A DNA stretch of 64,000 bases, taken from assembly GCA_051362555.1 (NCBI GenBank), contig CM120641.1:32122401-32186400 (forward strand), written 5' to 3'. Below the pieces are notes generated by a model. It saw only the letters and a program-made list of their open reading frames with translations. It did not search any database and was not told where the DNA came from. Within the stretch, counting starts at the first letter, position 1. Each line of letters starts with the position of its first letter. The stretch comes from Lingula anatina (lineage: Eukaryota > Animalia > Brachiopoda). Positions 12,441-24,200 of the stretch are shown here, one piece after another. A program made the position numbers and the translations under genes.

Positions 12441-14062
12441 ATGTCGACTGCTGCGTTAGGCAGACGTGCTTTTAAAGTTTACCGTGTTGTGGCGGTGAAC
12501 GAAATATTGGGTTGCCGTTGTTTAACGTACTCTCTGTATCGAAGTTTCAGCCAAACAAGTACACTAAGAAAGGTAGTTGTATAGTTGTGGAAGTTTATAC
12601 AATATACTAACGTTAGTACTACAAGGTACACAACCTTGTCGCTTGCCAGTAAATTTACATACTATGTGAAGACTATTGCCATGGCATGCCATGCATTGAG
12701 TCGACGTACCTATTTTGGCAGACTAACATATTTTCATATGACACATGACTGCCAATTTAAAAATAAAATGAAGTGTACGAATGCACTTTAACACTATTCA
12801 GTATTGTTTTCCAGAATCAAAGGGGTAAAGGCTCACCTGGTCACCACAGAGTAGCCACGTCCAAGGTGCCAGACACAGGCTATGATTGGATAGGTCCTCC
12901 TAACAAAGACTCCAACCTTCGACCTGTTAAGTTCCACATATGCAAGGATGAAACTCCCACAGAAAGAAATTACAGAGAAAGGAGACAAGAGTTGCAGAAG
13001 TGGAACCAGAACTTCTGGGCAGAGCATAACACAAGTTTTTATGGGGTTGGTGGTCTATTATATATTATTATATGTAGTAGAAAAAGTAAAGCTTGATAAC
13101 CTCAAAAAGCAAGATCAGATGGATTTACAATTTACACCTGGTCTTTACTGTTCTGTTCAAGTCTGAAATGACCCCCCCCCCATGCATATGGACAGAAAAA
13201 ACTTCAGATCATTACAAGAGGGCTGAGATGTTATCTTGAAAGTTTTTTCAGGTTGGATGCCTAACAAGTGTAGGCACTGAAGGTCACCCCTGATAAGATT
13301 TCAATGTGATAAGTGACAACTTTTGTCTCTGAGATACAACTTACTATCTAATATTTTTTTAAAGAATATCATGAAAGATGAATCCTGAGAAAATTCAGTG
13401 AATATGATAATTTTCAGGCCAGAGAAAGATTTGTAAAAGAAAAATTAGCTGAAATTGGGCCCACCTTACCAGATGGAACTCCAAGAAAGCTTACCACTTC
13501 AGAGATGTCAGAGTTCTATAGATGTTTTCTTAATGAAAACTACAGGAGACATGTTGAATATAACAAGTAGGTTTTTGTTCTATAAAATTTGGTTGAATGC
13601 TTTTTAGTATCAGAAACGGGTTATTTTATCTGAGAATTGCCATCATTTGTATAAACCATTCAAACAATAAGTTTATTTTCACCATGAAATTGCATATTAG
13701 AAAATAAATCATGAAATTAGTAACTTGATGAATATATATAGTCCCAAGAAAAGTTTATGAAGATAAGGCATCCTTTTGAGATAATATACACATTTTGGAA
13801 AAACTGTTGTGGACTATGTTTGTAGTCCTTGTTTGTGCTTTAGAGAAGGGAGGAGCTTTTGGGTATACTAGTACTGCTGTTTTACCAAGTTCATAAATGA
13901 TTGCTGACATTTTCAGAAACCATGCCTTATTAAATTTTATTAATTGTGGTGCTTACTTCTTTCAGAGAGTGGTATAAGAGAAATATCTCACTTCTATGGC
14001 CAGCAGTCAAAGTGAATATAGAAAGGCTGTTATGGAAAAAGAAAGCTAAAGAGACATCCTGA
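12441..14062 (+). CDS. COA8: Cytochrome c oxidase assembly factor 8 / apoptogenic protein 1 (202 aa, 4 exons)
   Basis: Exons 12441-12572, 12815-13045, 13418-13566 and 13966-14062. Arg-rich mitochondrial-type presequence, then DWIGPPNKDSNLRPVKF, WNQNFWAEHN, EMSEFYRCFL..N...H.EYNKEWYKRN, the APOPT1 signature. An in-frame upstream ATG at 12420 is possible. Confidence 0.95.
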
Positions 14063-14159
14063 TCAGCAGAGGGAGTTGCTGTCACATTTAAAATTGGACA
14101 AAAACAGCACCAGGAAGACAGAGAAACAGTCCCCCCAGTGCCCTTTTAAAACCCTAAAT

Positions 14160-14275
14160 TTTTAGGAATCCTATGAAGGTCCCTTTATTTCAGTGAGATT
14201 CCTGTAATTCTTGAAGTTTTCAATTTTTTAAGGTAATTGAAGTCAGGCCATTGATGTCCTTTTCTGAGGGATGTT
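14160..14275 (+). repeat. Dispersed repeat fragment, also present at ~48315-48445
   Basis: Shared TAGGAATCCTAT.AAGGT.C...AAGGTAATTG...CATTGATGTCCT.TTC.GAGGGA.GTT blocks. Confidence 0.55.
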
Positions 14276-15476
14276 AAGAGTTTATAGACCTGCTGATAAA
14301 ATTTAAATGGATCTTTTTGGAACAACACAATGATATAAAGAAGTTTGTAGATAAAGAGTTGCATAAGCTAGTATTGCTTGTGATTAGTAATCTTTTTGGC
14401 GTGATATTTTGGAATTTTGTCAGAAAAATATTTTAAATCATATCAAGATGAAAGTCAAGCACTTTTGTCCAAGGGTTGGAAGCTGCCCAATATTTAAATG
14501 CAAAAAGGAAAATAATTAAATTATTTACATGTGCATCAATTTGTTAAATAGGGAAGTAAGGCATTAGTCATAGACTCATAGTGTAGTTCACGTTTTATTT
14601 CTGCTATTTATATGAAAATGTTATATATCTTTTGAGCTAGATGCATGTGCAATGACATTGATATGAGCTATAAAAGAAGTGCACACTTTTTATCCCAACC
14701 TGTGTTCAGTGTACTAGAAATGCATTGATTGTATATTGTGTCATCAATGACATTTAAATAAATCGACAAAAAAGTAATTTATATAAAGTAATGTATATTT
14801 AAAGTGTAAAATTTAAGTTAAACAGTTTGTATATTTTGTCTTAAGCAGACACTGGGATTTGAGTGCTTTTTTTCATAAGTTCTAGTATATTGAAGGATAT
14901 CTTTATGACACGTGTCACTTAAATTATTCATTCTTAATCATAAAAAGTAAAATCATAAAAATCATAAAAAGTTCTTTTCTTAAATAAACAACTCCCACCT
15001 GCACTTGTGTGATATATAAAATATAGATTTTTCAATGATAATTCCTACCTAAACTAAAAAGTAGCACATTTTCAATGATAAGTAATTAAGAATAATAAGA
15101 ATAATATGATCATATAAAATCATCACTTTTGAATAAATCTATTTATATCACAGATAATCTTTCTAAAGGCATCATATTTAAAGAAATGGGATTTATGTAT
15201 CAGAACAAAAACACTTTTTTTTTTGCAATGCAAAATGTCAGAAACTTAATAAATGGCAGTTAAAATTGATCACCTTACAAAATATTTAAATTTGTAAAAT
15301 TACCATATTCCATTTTAAAATGTATTGTAATGATAAATTATTTCTCCATATTGTATGAAGTTCATATTCGCTAGGTAACAATTTTTCCAGGGATTGGAAA
15401 TATTTTTTTTTAGTTTGTCATTGCCTTTGAACCCTTTTTGTGCTAATATGGTCCAAGTTTGTACAATCATGTTTTA

Positions 15477-18400
15477 TTAACTAGGGCTCTCTTTTAAAAC
15501 CAAATACTTTTCAACCTCTGCAGCCACATCAAGTCTCTCTAGCTCTATCATGAGTCTGTGGAATTCTTGGAGAGTTTTGTTCTGTTTCTCCCACATGCGT
15601 AGGATCTGACCCGTGGGACTGGACACCCCAATTCTGGACTCCAGCCAGACAATGGTGGGATAGTCTAAGCCCATTCTACTGGCTACCATATGCCAGTCTT
15701 GGCCAAGGGGAGTGCACGGGTCAAGAGCAATGACCAGCTTGGAACGAAGAGCATGTGGGAAAACTGAGTAAGTCTTCAATGAAGTGGAGGTTAAATCGGC
15801 TGTATCAAGCTGAAATACACAGTAAAGGGTAATTATTATCAGAGTAGAAATCTTTGAAGATAATTATTCCTACAGGATTTTTTAAACATTGACATTTTAC
15901 ATGTGTACTATATTATTACCTACGCCAAAGTGGTTTTGTTCACACACACACACCCACACACACACGCACACACACGCACACAGAGGCTTAGTCAGGAGAA
16001 AGAGGGGGGGGGGGACTCCAGCAGGGATGTCATACAGCCATTTTATTATAAAAACTTATAACAGAGGAAAGAAACATTCATAGTTGTATTTTAGTGTTTT
16101 CAAAGAACTTTCCAAAACTTTTATATCTGTATATTATTTGTTGACAGTGTGACCCTTGTAACAGTACCTCTAATTCATCCTTCACTAGCTTGAGCTCTTC
16201 TGCAATGGTCAGTTTCTGTTTTTGTTTATCATTTCCTTCTTGATAGGAAAGTATTTCACAAAGAATCATAGAAACGGCATCAGCATTCTGCTTTAGGACA
16301 AACATGCAGCAAGGTGAGAGCGAGTGCCACACATGCTCAAATGAAAATTTCTGAAGAAAGATAATAGTTACAGCTTTATGAAAGAATGAACATTTATCTG
16401 TCATACATGTCTATAAATTATCTCTTTGTGTACATACAAAATTAATATTATTCATATTTTAGCATGTTCATTAGCAAGAGATACATTTAAAAATAAATTA
16501 AAGGAAATATTTTCCAAGTTCAGAATATCACACATCTGATGAATGTCTTCCTAATACAATGATTCTGTACTAAATAATGCACTGTCAACAAGCCTGATAA
16601 ACATGTTAGCAAGCCGAGTGATAGCTTGCTATTGAATGTACCAAGCTAGGGGGTAGCAGTGCTTTATTTGCCATACATACAAAGAGAATCCATGCATGTT
16701 TCTAACTCAAAACCACTTATTTTGAATCAAATCAATGTTATTAGCAAGCTGATATCACTGCGCATAGGGTGATATCAGCTCCATGGTATGTATATAAAAA
16801 TTAATTAAAAATTAGATTAGGATGTTAAAATCTTTTATCTGTAGAAAAAACTTTTATATTGCAGGTGAAGGAAACATTTTACCAAGAGGTTTTTAAGAGT
16901 GCAAAAAATATCTGTGAACTTTTACCTACCTGGATTGTGTCGCTGATAATTTTCCAGCCCTCAGACATTTTTAACATTTCAAGACAGACATCTTGGCCGT
17001 TGTCATGAATGAACATGGGCATAGGGGCATCAAGTCTTTTCCCTCCGAGTTGCCCCTCAACATCTCTCACCATCTGCCACAGGGAAAAGTAGTAATAATA
17101 TTGATTAGAATACTGTAATTTGGTCATTTCAAATGTATGTATGAAATACATTAATGCCTAATCAGAAATAAATTGATTCCAAGACTGGAATAAAAAGAGA
17201 GAATAATGATTAAAATTTTAATTACATCCGCCAAGGAGGTTATATTTTCACACGTTTGTTTGTTTGTTGGTTTGTTTGTCATCAACATAACTCAAAAAGT
17301 TATGGATGAATTTCGATGGAATTTTCAGGGTAGGTCAGAAATGGGTTAACTTAGAAGTGATTAGTTTTTGGTGGTGATCCAGATCAATTATCAATCAATA
17401 ATCAAAAATCAAAAAACTAAGTTATGGACTAATTTTGATGAAAATTTCAGGAACTGTCAGAAGTGGGCCAAGGAACAGATGATTAGTTTTTGGTGGTGAT
17501 CCAGATCAATAATCAATCAATAATCAAAAATATCAAAAATTTAGGGGTGCATTGGATGGAGACTTTGCTGCCTTGGCAGAGGTCTGCACTCTCTGAGTGC
17601 TTTTCTAGTTAATGTTCTTGTGCGTGATATATATAGGAAACCTGTGCAGTGTTGCATTTTATCACAACAAATATTGTGGTAAACAGATACATAAATATAT
17701 CAAAATACCTTCATTTCCTCCTTGTAATTGTTGATGCAATATACTCTAATTTTGAACATCATGCCAACTTCAAGTGGAGGGGCAAACGCCACCAGTCTCA
17801 CACTCTTTGCAGCCATGACATTCTCAGCAGACTCCCCAATGACTGTGTACAGGGTGAAATGCCTGAGCTCAATGCTAACACTCCTGGACAATATAAGCCT
17901 GGAATCATAATCAGCTATGGTCATGGGAGCCCACTGAACACCCTGAAAAACAGACGTTGGGCTCATCATTGGTTGGATGTTCCATGCAGAGCGTACATCT
18001 ATGGCACAATGAGGAATGGATAGTGTCACTGGCTTGGTAAACCGTATGCCATGGGGTTCACACACAACCACGGGGCTCAACAAAGCCTGCTTTTTAGTCA
18101 GTTTTGGCATGTGTGTTTTGTTCCATATGATCCCAACACTAATGTCTTTAGTCTCCTCTAAAGCATTTGGTGGGATAGTCAACTTAACTTCATGCAGTGT
18201 TATCTCCCCTCCTTGCCTTCCAATAGATTTTTTTGCAAACATCCCTTGTCTGTGATCAAAAGAAGCCATGAAGGACTTTTTGCTAGAGTCAATTTGAGAG
18301 TCCACATCAAATTCAGGATCTTCAAGTTTCAAAGCAAAATCCATTGACATTGGCCGTTGTACTTTTGCTGCCATTTTACCTTCATCATCTACAAAGGAAC

Positions 18401-21400
18401 TGTTGTCATAATTTGTTTTAATCTGCTGTGTTTCATGCTGAATGAAAATTTCTTCAATTGGAACTTCTGTAACTGAATTGGTTCCTGGTACCTGATACAT
18501 CTTAGATCTGTCATAAACAACCTCATCATGGTCACTGCCACGACCAACATTTTTTTCCTGATATGACTTTATGCCTTTAGTGGCATCATTTTCACTGAAG
18601 TAGTCTTGGCACAAAGGAAACAGCTGTGAGAAATCACCAATGTCCCCAAATATACTGGTGCGGCTGTGACCAAAATATGCCGTAAAACTTTTTCCTCCTT
18701 GCCTCATGACCTTCTTAGACCTTATGGTGACATTGTCTTCATCTTGTAAATCATCAGCAGGAGAACCCTGTGCTTGGCCCTGTGACTGGGTGGCTAAGTC
18801 ATCTTGAATGGTATCCTGGGGTGTAGAGGTGTTGGATTCCACTTGGTCACTCTTTACTTTGATTATCTCAGTGCACCTGTTGTACAATAGCATAAACAGT
18901 TACTGACTCAATCTTTTCAATGGGGAAAATTGTGAATTTTTGCCCATTGAAAAGATCAAGTCTTACCAGGGAGTCTATGTTATAAAATCATACATTTTAT
19001 TTCTTTGTTTATTCTTTTTAAAAATATTTATTCTTTCAGTTAAGCAGAGATAAGCCTGTAATAAGGCTCAGTTATTACAAACCAAATTTATATAACCATA
19101 TGCAGTAGTTTCTTTTTAGTGCTAATTAATCAGATTCATCAATAATGATTCTGTTACCTTGAATCCCCAGTGGAGTACCCATCAGGTGACAGCTGCATTT
19201 CTAGAGTCCCATTGTGCTGCCTGTTCTGCTGCTGCTGCTGCTGTTCAAGCTTTTTCAAACGTCGGTGTAACCACAAACCAACAGCGACCACGACAACTAT
19301 GGCAATCAACACCACTGCACCAATTACAGCAGATGAAATAATCTGTAAAAGGATGAATGAATCGGTACTGACAATAAAAAAAAAAAAAAAAAAAAAAAAA
19401 AAACAGTAACTGCAATTATTTTGTGAAGCAATGATTGGATTACATTAGGATATCATAGAAAATATGGATATCATTTTGTCCTAAGATCACTTCTCAGGCT
19501 AATCCATGTGATCAGTTAATTTTGATGCTTAATTAAACAATGCTGAGTGGAGTCATCGTTAACTGTCTGATATTAATCTACCTCTGTTATTGTGGTCATT
19601 CAAAAATGTAACTTGCACAACAAGCCTTTCAACCCTCATGGATTTGCCGTGAAACTCACACATTTTGGACATTTAACCTAGGTCTCACAGTCTTCTGAAT
19701 TGTTCAGTACTTATCACGGAAAATTGTAAGCAAAAGTCTGAGCAAATGACGGTATTGACAATGTCAGTAAGGACATAGTAGGCTCCATCAACAGGTTACC
19801 TTCCACGAAGCCATGGAAAGTATTCATCTGCAAAATTTTCACTGAGGAAGTAAGACTAATAAACTTATTTCATTGTCTTGCATTACATCCATCTGTTTTA
19901 ATTAATACTGTGCTTTTTTATGATAATCAGGGAAGGTAAGATATGTCTCATTTAACAATAAATAAGAAGGCTTGGTTGTAACCTGAAGGATTTTGACCAA
20001 ATATCCATTTTTTTTTAATCTGACAATCTCCAGATTTCTCTACCTCAGAGGTGGTCTAGGCACAGGGCTTTGTATAACCATAAAATCTCGTGCCTAGAAA
20101 ATGCAGTCTGTGAAAAAAAAAAACTACAGGCAATTGTATAAAATAATTTCAATTTAGGCTGATTTTTAAATTGAGCTATATTTTTGCCCATTGAATTATT
20201 ATAAATATCAAGTAAATGTTATTTTATAAATTATAGGTTAAAGAGATAACAACTGTTCCTTTTGGCCAAAAAAAAAAAAAAAAAAAAAACATTTCCTGGG
20301 GTAAACGACAATTTTCCCATACTTGACAATGGTTAATGAATCCATTCTGACATTCCTGTTTTTTTTTTTTTTTTCATTTACTTCTTCGGTAAAGCCATCT
20401 TTGAAAGTCCACATTGTCTGACCAAGCAAGCACAAATGCCAGAATAATTTGCGATAACTGCTGCTTTGGTATTAAAATGGAATTTATTATATCTCTGTGA
20501 GTTGTTTAGTGTATTTATTGTGAAATATGCATCTCATATAAACAGTTGCTATCCTTTTAAACGAGTAAAAATTGCAGTAAAGTGCATTGACATGACACAA
20601 CAGGCAGATTGTGGCTGTAATTGTCAAGATGCGCTGTCCATAATAAATAAAAAAAGAAAAAACAAGACAAGCCAACCATTATATCAATCAGGTTGTTTTG
20701 TGAATTATCAAGGGAAGGTTATTTTCTAGCTACTTAAATGTGCAAAAAATGAAATAATACACTTGAAAAATTTAAATAAGGGTCTGCTAGATAAAATCCA
20801 AGGACAAATAAGCTTGTCTTGCACATGACCTAATTATTCCCCCCCCCCCCCCCTGCCCCACTTATACCTAATGCATTAAAACCAAAGAATCAGTATGAAA
20901 TTGATTTTTTTACTCTGAAAAAAATAGCTTCAGGTTTTATTTTCATCTGCCTTTACCTTTAACAATGTAAAGGATGGGTACGTTTTCCTATGTCACGTAA
21001 AAAATGTTTCGCTATTACGTTTGACTCACTTCACCATTTTCAAGGCCTGTACATCAATTTTTCATTCCTTTTTATGCATTTTCTTGTTTTATTTTGTTTA
21101 ATTTTATTTTATCTATCATCATAATTATTATTTCAACTTACTGAAAAGGTGTGGTTTTGTATTTGATTAACTATATATTTTCTGTTAAGCAAGCCAAGGA
21201 CGTGCTTGATCAAGCTAAAGTTAAATTCAAAATGAGACTGGCTGGGCACAGAAATCCATGCACTTTGCCTTTATATAGATATAAGCGAAGGTCGTGATAA
21301 TTGCATAATTCCTGACAAAGGCGAACATAATGGGATCAAAAGGTCAATTAAATTGGTCAAGGTAGTTGATAAATCAAACTCTCATCACTGTTAACATGGA

Positions 21401-22659
21401 AAAATAAGGATATGTGAAATAAAAATTTTACGTTTATATGTATACGGTATAATTAAAATGTCAATTTTTTTCCACTTCCCAATATCCCAGATGAACAACC
21501 TGTGGATTAAGATGATATGCACTTTTGAAACATTAGTTTCTCCAGATACGAAAACCATAAATGCATTAATACCAACTGCATTCAAGTTAAAAATCACAAG
21601 TTATGTGTTTTTTTTATATATATTATGCAGGTACAACTAACCACTCCATTGTCAATAATGATGGTCATTTTTAAAGACTTGATTAACAATTTATAGCCAT
21701 GAAAAAAAAAAAAAAGACAATTGCCTCTAAAGAGACTGTACATGTTTTTACCAATTAGGCATGACGTTTTGTCTCTTAAGAAACAATTGTCTTTTTTTTT
21801 TTACGATCTTAACACAATAGACAAAAAATCTATTTCACTGAATCTATGCACTTTCACATTGACGTTAGAATCTCACGTTGAACAATTATTGCTGAAATAG
21901 CATTTATAAACTCTGCCTGTAAGTAATTTAAATACTGCCTGCTTACTTTGTGCATTGTTGTTCTTGTAGGCTGATGGGTTCTAAAAATGATTTTCCGAAA
22001 TTGATGTCAATGAAAATGCGCACCTCCGTGATTCTTATCGTCACTGTGTCTAATGCAGGAGGTTAACCCATAGACCAACAATAGTATAACTTATTGCATA
22101 GAACCACGTGACTAATTGAACATGTTTGATTGGCTAGGCAGTTAAAAATTGGTGACAAATCGGACAAATGGTGTATGATTAAACTAATTCAATTTTAGAA
22201 CTGGAATCGAGCCCCTTACCTAGAGAGGTAATTGTATTAAGATAATTAAATTAATTTTTGTCTATATAGATGTTGATCACTAAAAAATTAAATTTAGATA
22301 TATAATTTGAAATTGAAGAATATGGCTTTTGAAGATCCCGTTTTAGGTGTCACGGCTGTAGCATGGTGAAAAGGGAGAGAACATTTTAACGAGAAAGCTG
22401 GAGATGAATGTTTTGGGAGAGAGATAAAATGTTAAATAATAAAAAATAAAATATGTTAACTTACAGCAATTTGGTCGCCTTGGTGGACAAGTGCTGGTGT
22501 ATTTGATGAGGTTGTTGCAGTGGTTAAGTCATATTTTTTAATCATTTCTGTCTGTCTGTTTGATCCAGATGAACCTACGGTATATGTTGTCACTTCCACT
22601 TTTGATGGGGTCACAGAAGCGCTATTCACTAATGTGGTATTAGCCAGTATAACAGCCAT
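15477..22659 (-). CDS. UNC5CL/ZUD-like single-pass membrane protein with ZU5, UPA and death domains (about 735 aa, 6 coding exons)
   Basis: Exons 22465-22659, 19158-19342, 17709-18876, 16930-17073, 16168-16350 and 15477-15809, phase-consistent. TM segment IISSAVIGAVVLIAIVVVVAVGLWL followed by HRRLKK. ZU5: GRQGGEITLHEVKLTIPPNAL...LLSPVVVCEPHGIRFTKPVTLSIPHCA. UPA: AAKSVRLVAF...IRVYC...EGQLGGKRL. Death domain: LDPCTPLGQDWHMVASRMGL...SPTGQILRMWE...LERLD. Confidence 0.9.
17220..17610 (+). mobile_element. Helentron-associated (DINE-1/HINE-like) non-autonomous element in an intron of the UNC5CL-like gene
   Basis: Subterminal IR CCGCCAAGG...CCTTGGCAG, (GTTT)n microsatellite, internal ~122-bp tandem duplication (TTTTGGTGGTGATCCAGATC), 3' hairpin GCACTC-tct-GAGTGC, end CTAG-TT. 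Confidence 0.75.
20242..20556 (-). mobile_element. Kolobok-like MITE family A, copy 1
   Basis: TTAA flanks, TIR AGAGATAACAACTGTT / AAGGATAGCAACTGTT. Both ends are similar to the copies at 56077, 57276 and 61318. Confidence 0.7.
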
Positions 22660-23468
22660 CTTTGCAGCAAGCACCTTAAATATGAAAATAAATGTGGTAT
22701 TGTTTTCCAGAGAAAATGCTGAAGTAAAGTGATTTGCAGTACGAATATTGTAGTTAAATATTTTGTTTTCATTTAAGAATTTCAATTAAACTTTAGATCC
22801 TTAAATCTCTGTAATAACGTACTGCATGAAAGTCACACACAAGGCACAAGGCACACATGGACAGTCTTTTTGGTTGCCATGGAGAGCATTGTTCTTTTTT
22901 CTGTATATATGTACTTGTACATTTGACTATTTTAAACTAAATATGCATACACTTTGAAGGTATTAAATCTTTATACAAGTAATTTGTTGAAGGTGGAATT
23001 TAATTACCAACAGCAATGTCCAGACTACTGATGTCCCTGTATCTGTTATCTGTACAAGTAGCTATAGATATGCACCATTCTGGAAGTAATTCCTAAAATA
23101 AAACCTGAAGAAAACAGAAGGCTGTGACTGACCATCATTATCATGCCCTGTAATGAAGAATTAGTCGGCAATAAAACCTTTCACTGATTACCTTTTTATC
23201 CATAGATAATAGGAATGCTATAAACAAATTAAAAGGAAATACACGGTATGATATTCACACTACATCTTTTTCTCAAATCCATATCAACACTGGAAAATAA
23301 AGTTATATATATACATTTATCTCAAACAAATGAAAAATAAAATCTGAAATCTCTTTTACATCTAAAAAACTTCTATGATGCTTAATTATGAGTTAATTTA
23401 AGTGCTGTGATCCTCAGCACAGGGTAAATAAACTATTTACCATTATGACATGAAAACACTTTGTGTAA

Positions 23469-23677
23469 GACTGCATTCCCACAGATTTAGATTGATCCAT
23501 CTGGATCGACCTAACTCCCTGGGGGTTCATGCTAAATTGCTGTCAGCCGAGCGCACACGGAAGTTAATTACCCCCTTACAGCTTTTAGTAAGCGGGACAG
23601 ACATTTAAGCCGGCTAAGCTGATCTAGTGAGACTCCCCACGGGGATAGATCGATCTAAAATCTGTGGGAATGCAGTC
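23469..23677. mobile_element. PIF/Harbinger (Tourist-like) MITE
   Basis: Long TIR GACTGCATTCCCACAGATTT / AAATCTGTGGGAATGCAGTC, TAA target duplication, palindromic interior. Confidence 0.85.
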
Positions 23678-24003
23678 TAAGTTCACCATAGTTAAAGTTA
23701 AAATAACCACACCTAAATCCAGTTCAACCCACCCACCCACTACTACTACTGTAACAACTACTACTACTGCTGCAAGACACCCCAGTTGACTTTTCCTCTC
23801 TACCTTCTGAATGAATGCTTCTGCTACTGAGTATGGCAGTCAACAAAGCTATCAATCACATAGAAGATGTGAAAGATGGCTTAGCTCTATAGCATTGTTA
23901 ATATTAGCCTAATAATGCTTTTTAATATGGCTGGAAATAATAAATATTTTACCATTTTCAAATAATTTATCCTAGTACCTTTATAACATACACATTCTCT
24001 TAC

Positions 24004-24200
24004 CTCAATGTACAAATGCACTAAAATTCCTCCCCTATCTCAAATATTAACCTACTTGCTGAGTCAGTCCTTTCTTGGCACTTCCTTGTAGGGTTGTGCA
24101 ATTTTATTGTGGCACACTTTCCTTCATGTCGGGTGTCAAAGATTATAGATATTTAAGTAACCAACGGCTGAGACCCACCTTTCTATAGTTGTCACCCTCC
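24004..24200 (-). other. Candidate 5' UTR exon of the UNC5CL-like gene (upstream boundary uncertain)
   Basis: Strong donor GAG|GTAAGA at 24004/24003 could splice to the acceptor at 22674. It has in-frame stops and no ATG after them. Confidence 0.35.

Noticed and set aside
16560-16800. Possible Crypton-like relics here and at ~25540-25900 and ~36150-36240
   Set aside because: Only vague internal inverted repeats; boundaries cannot be defined by eye.
19170-19409. Cys-rich ORF on the plus strand
   Set aside because: Antisense shadow of the TM/polyQ exon of the UNC5CL-like gene.
15477-22659. Canonical UNC5 netrin receptor or ankyrin
   Set aside because: No Ig, TSP1 or ankyrin-repeat exons. The TM is preceded only by a short S/T-rich segment.
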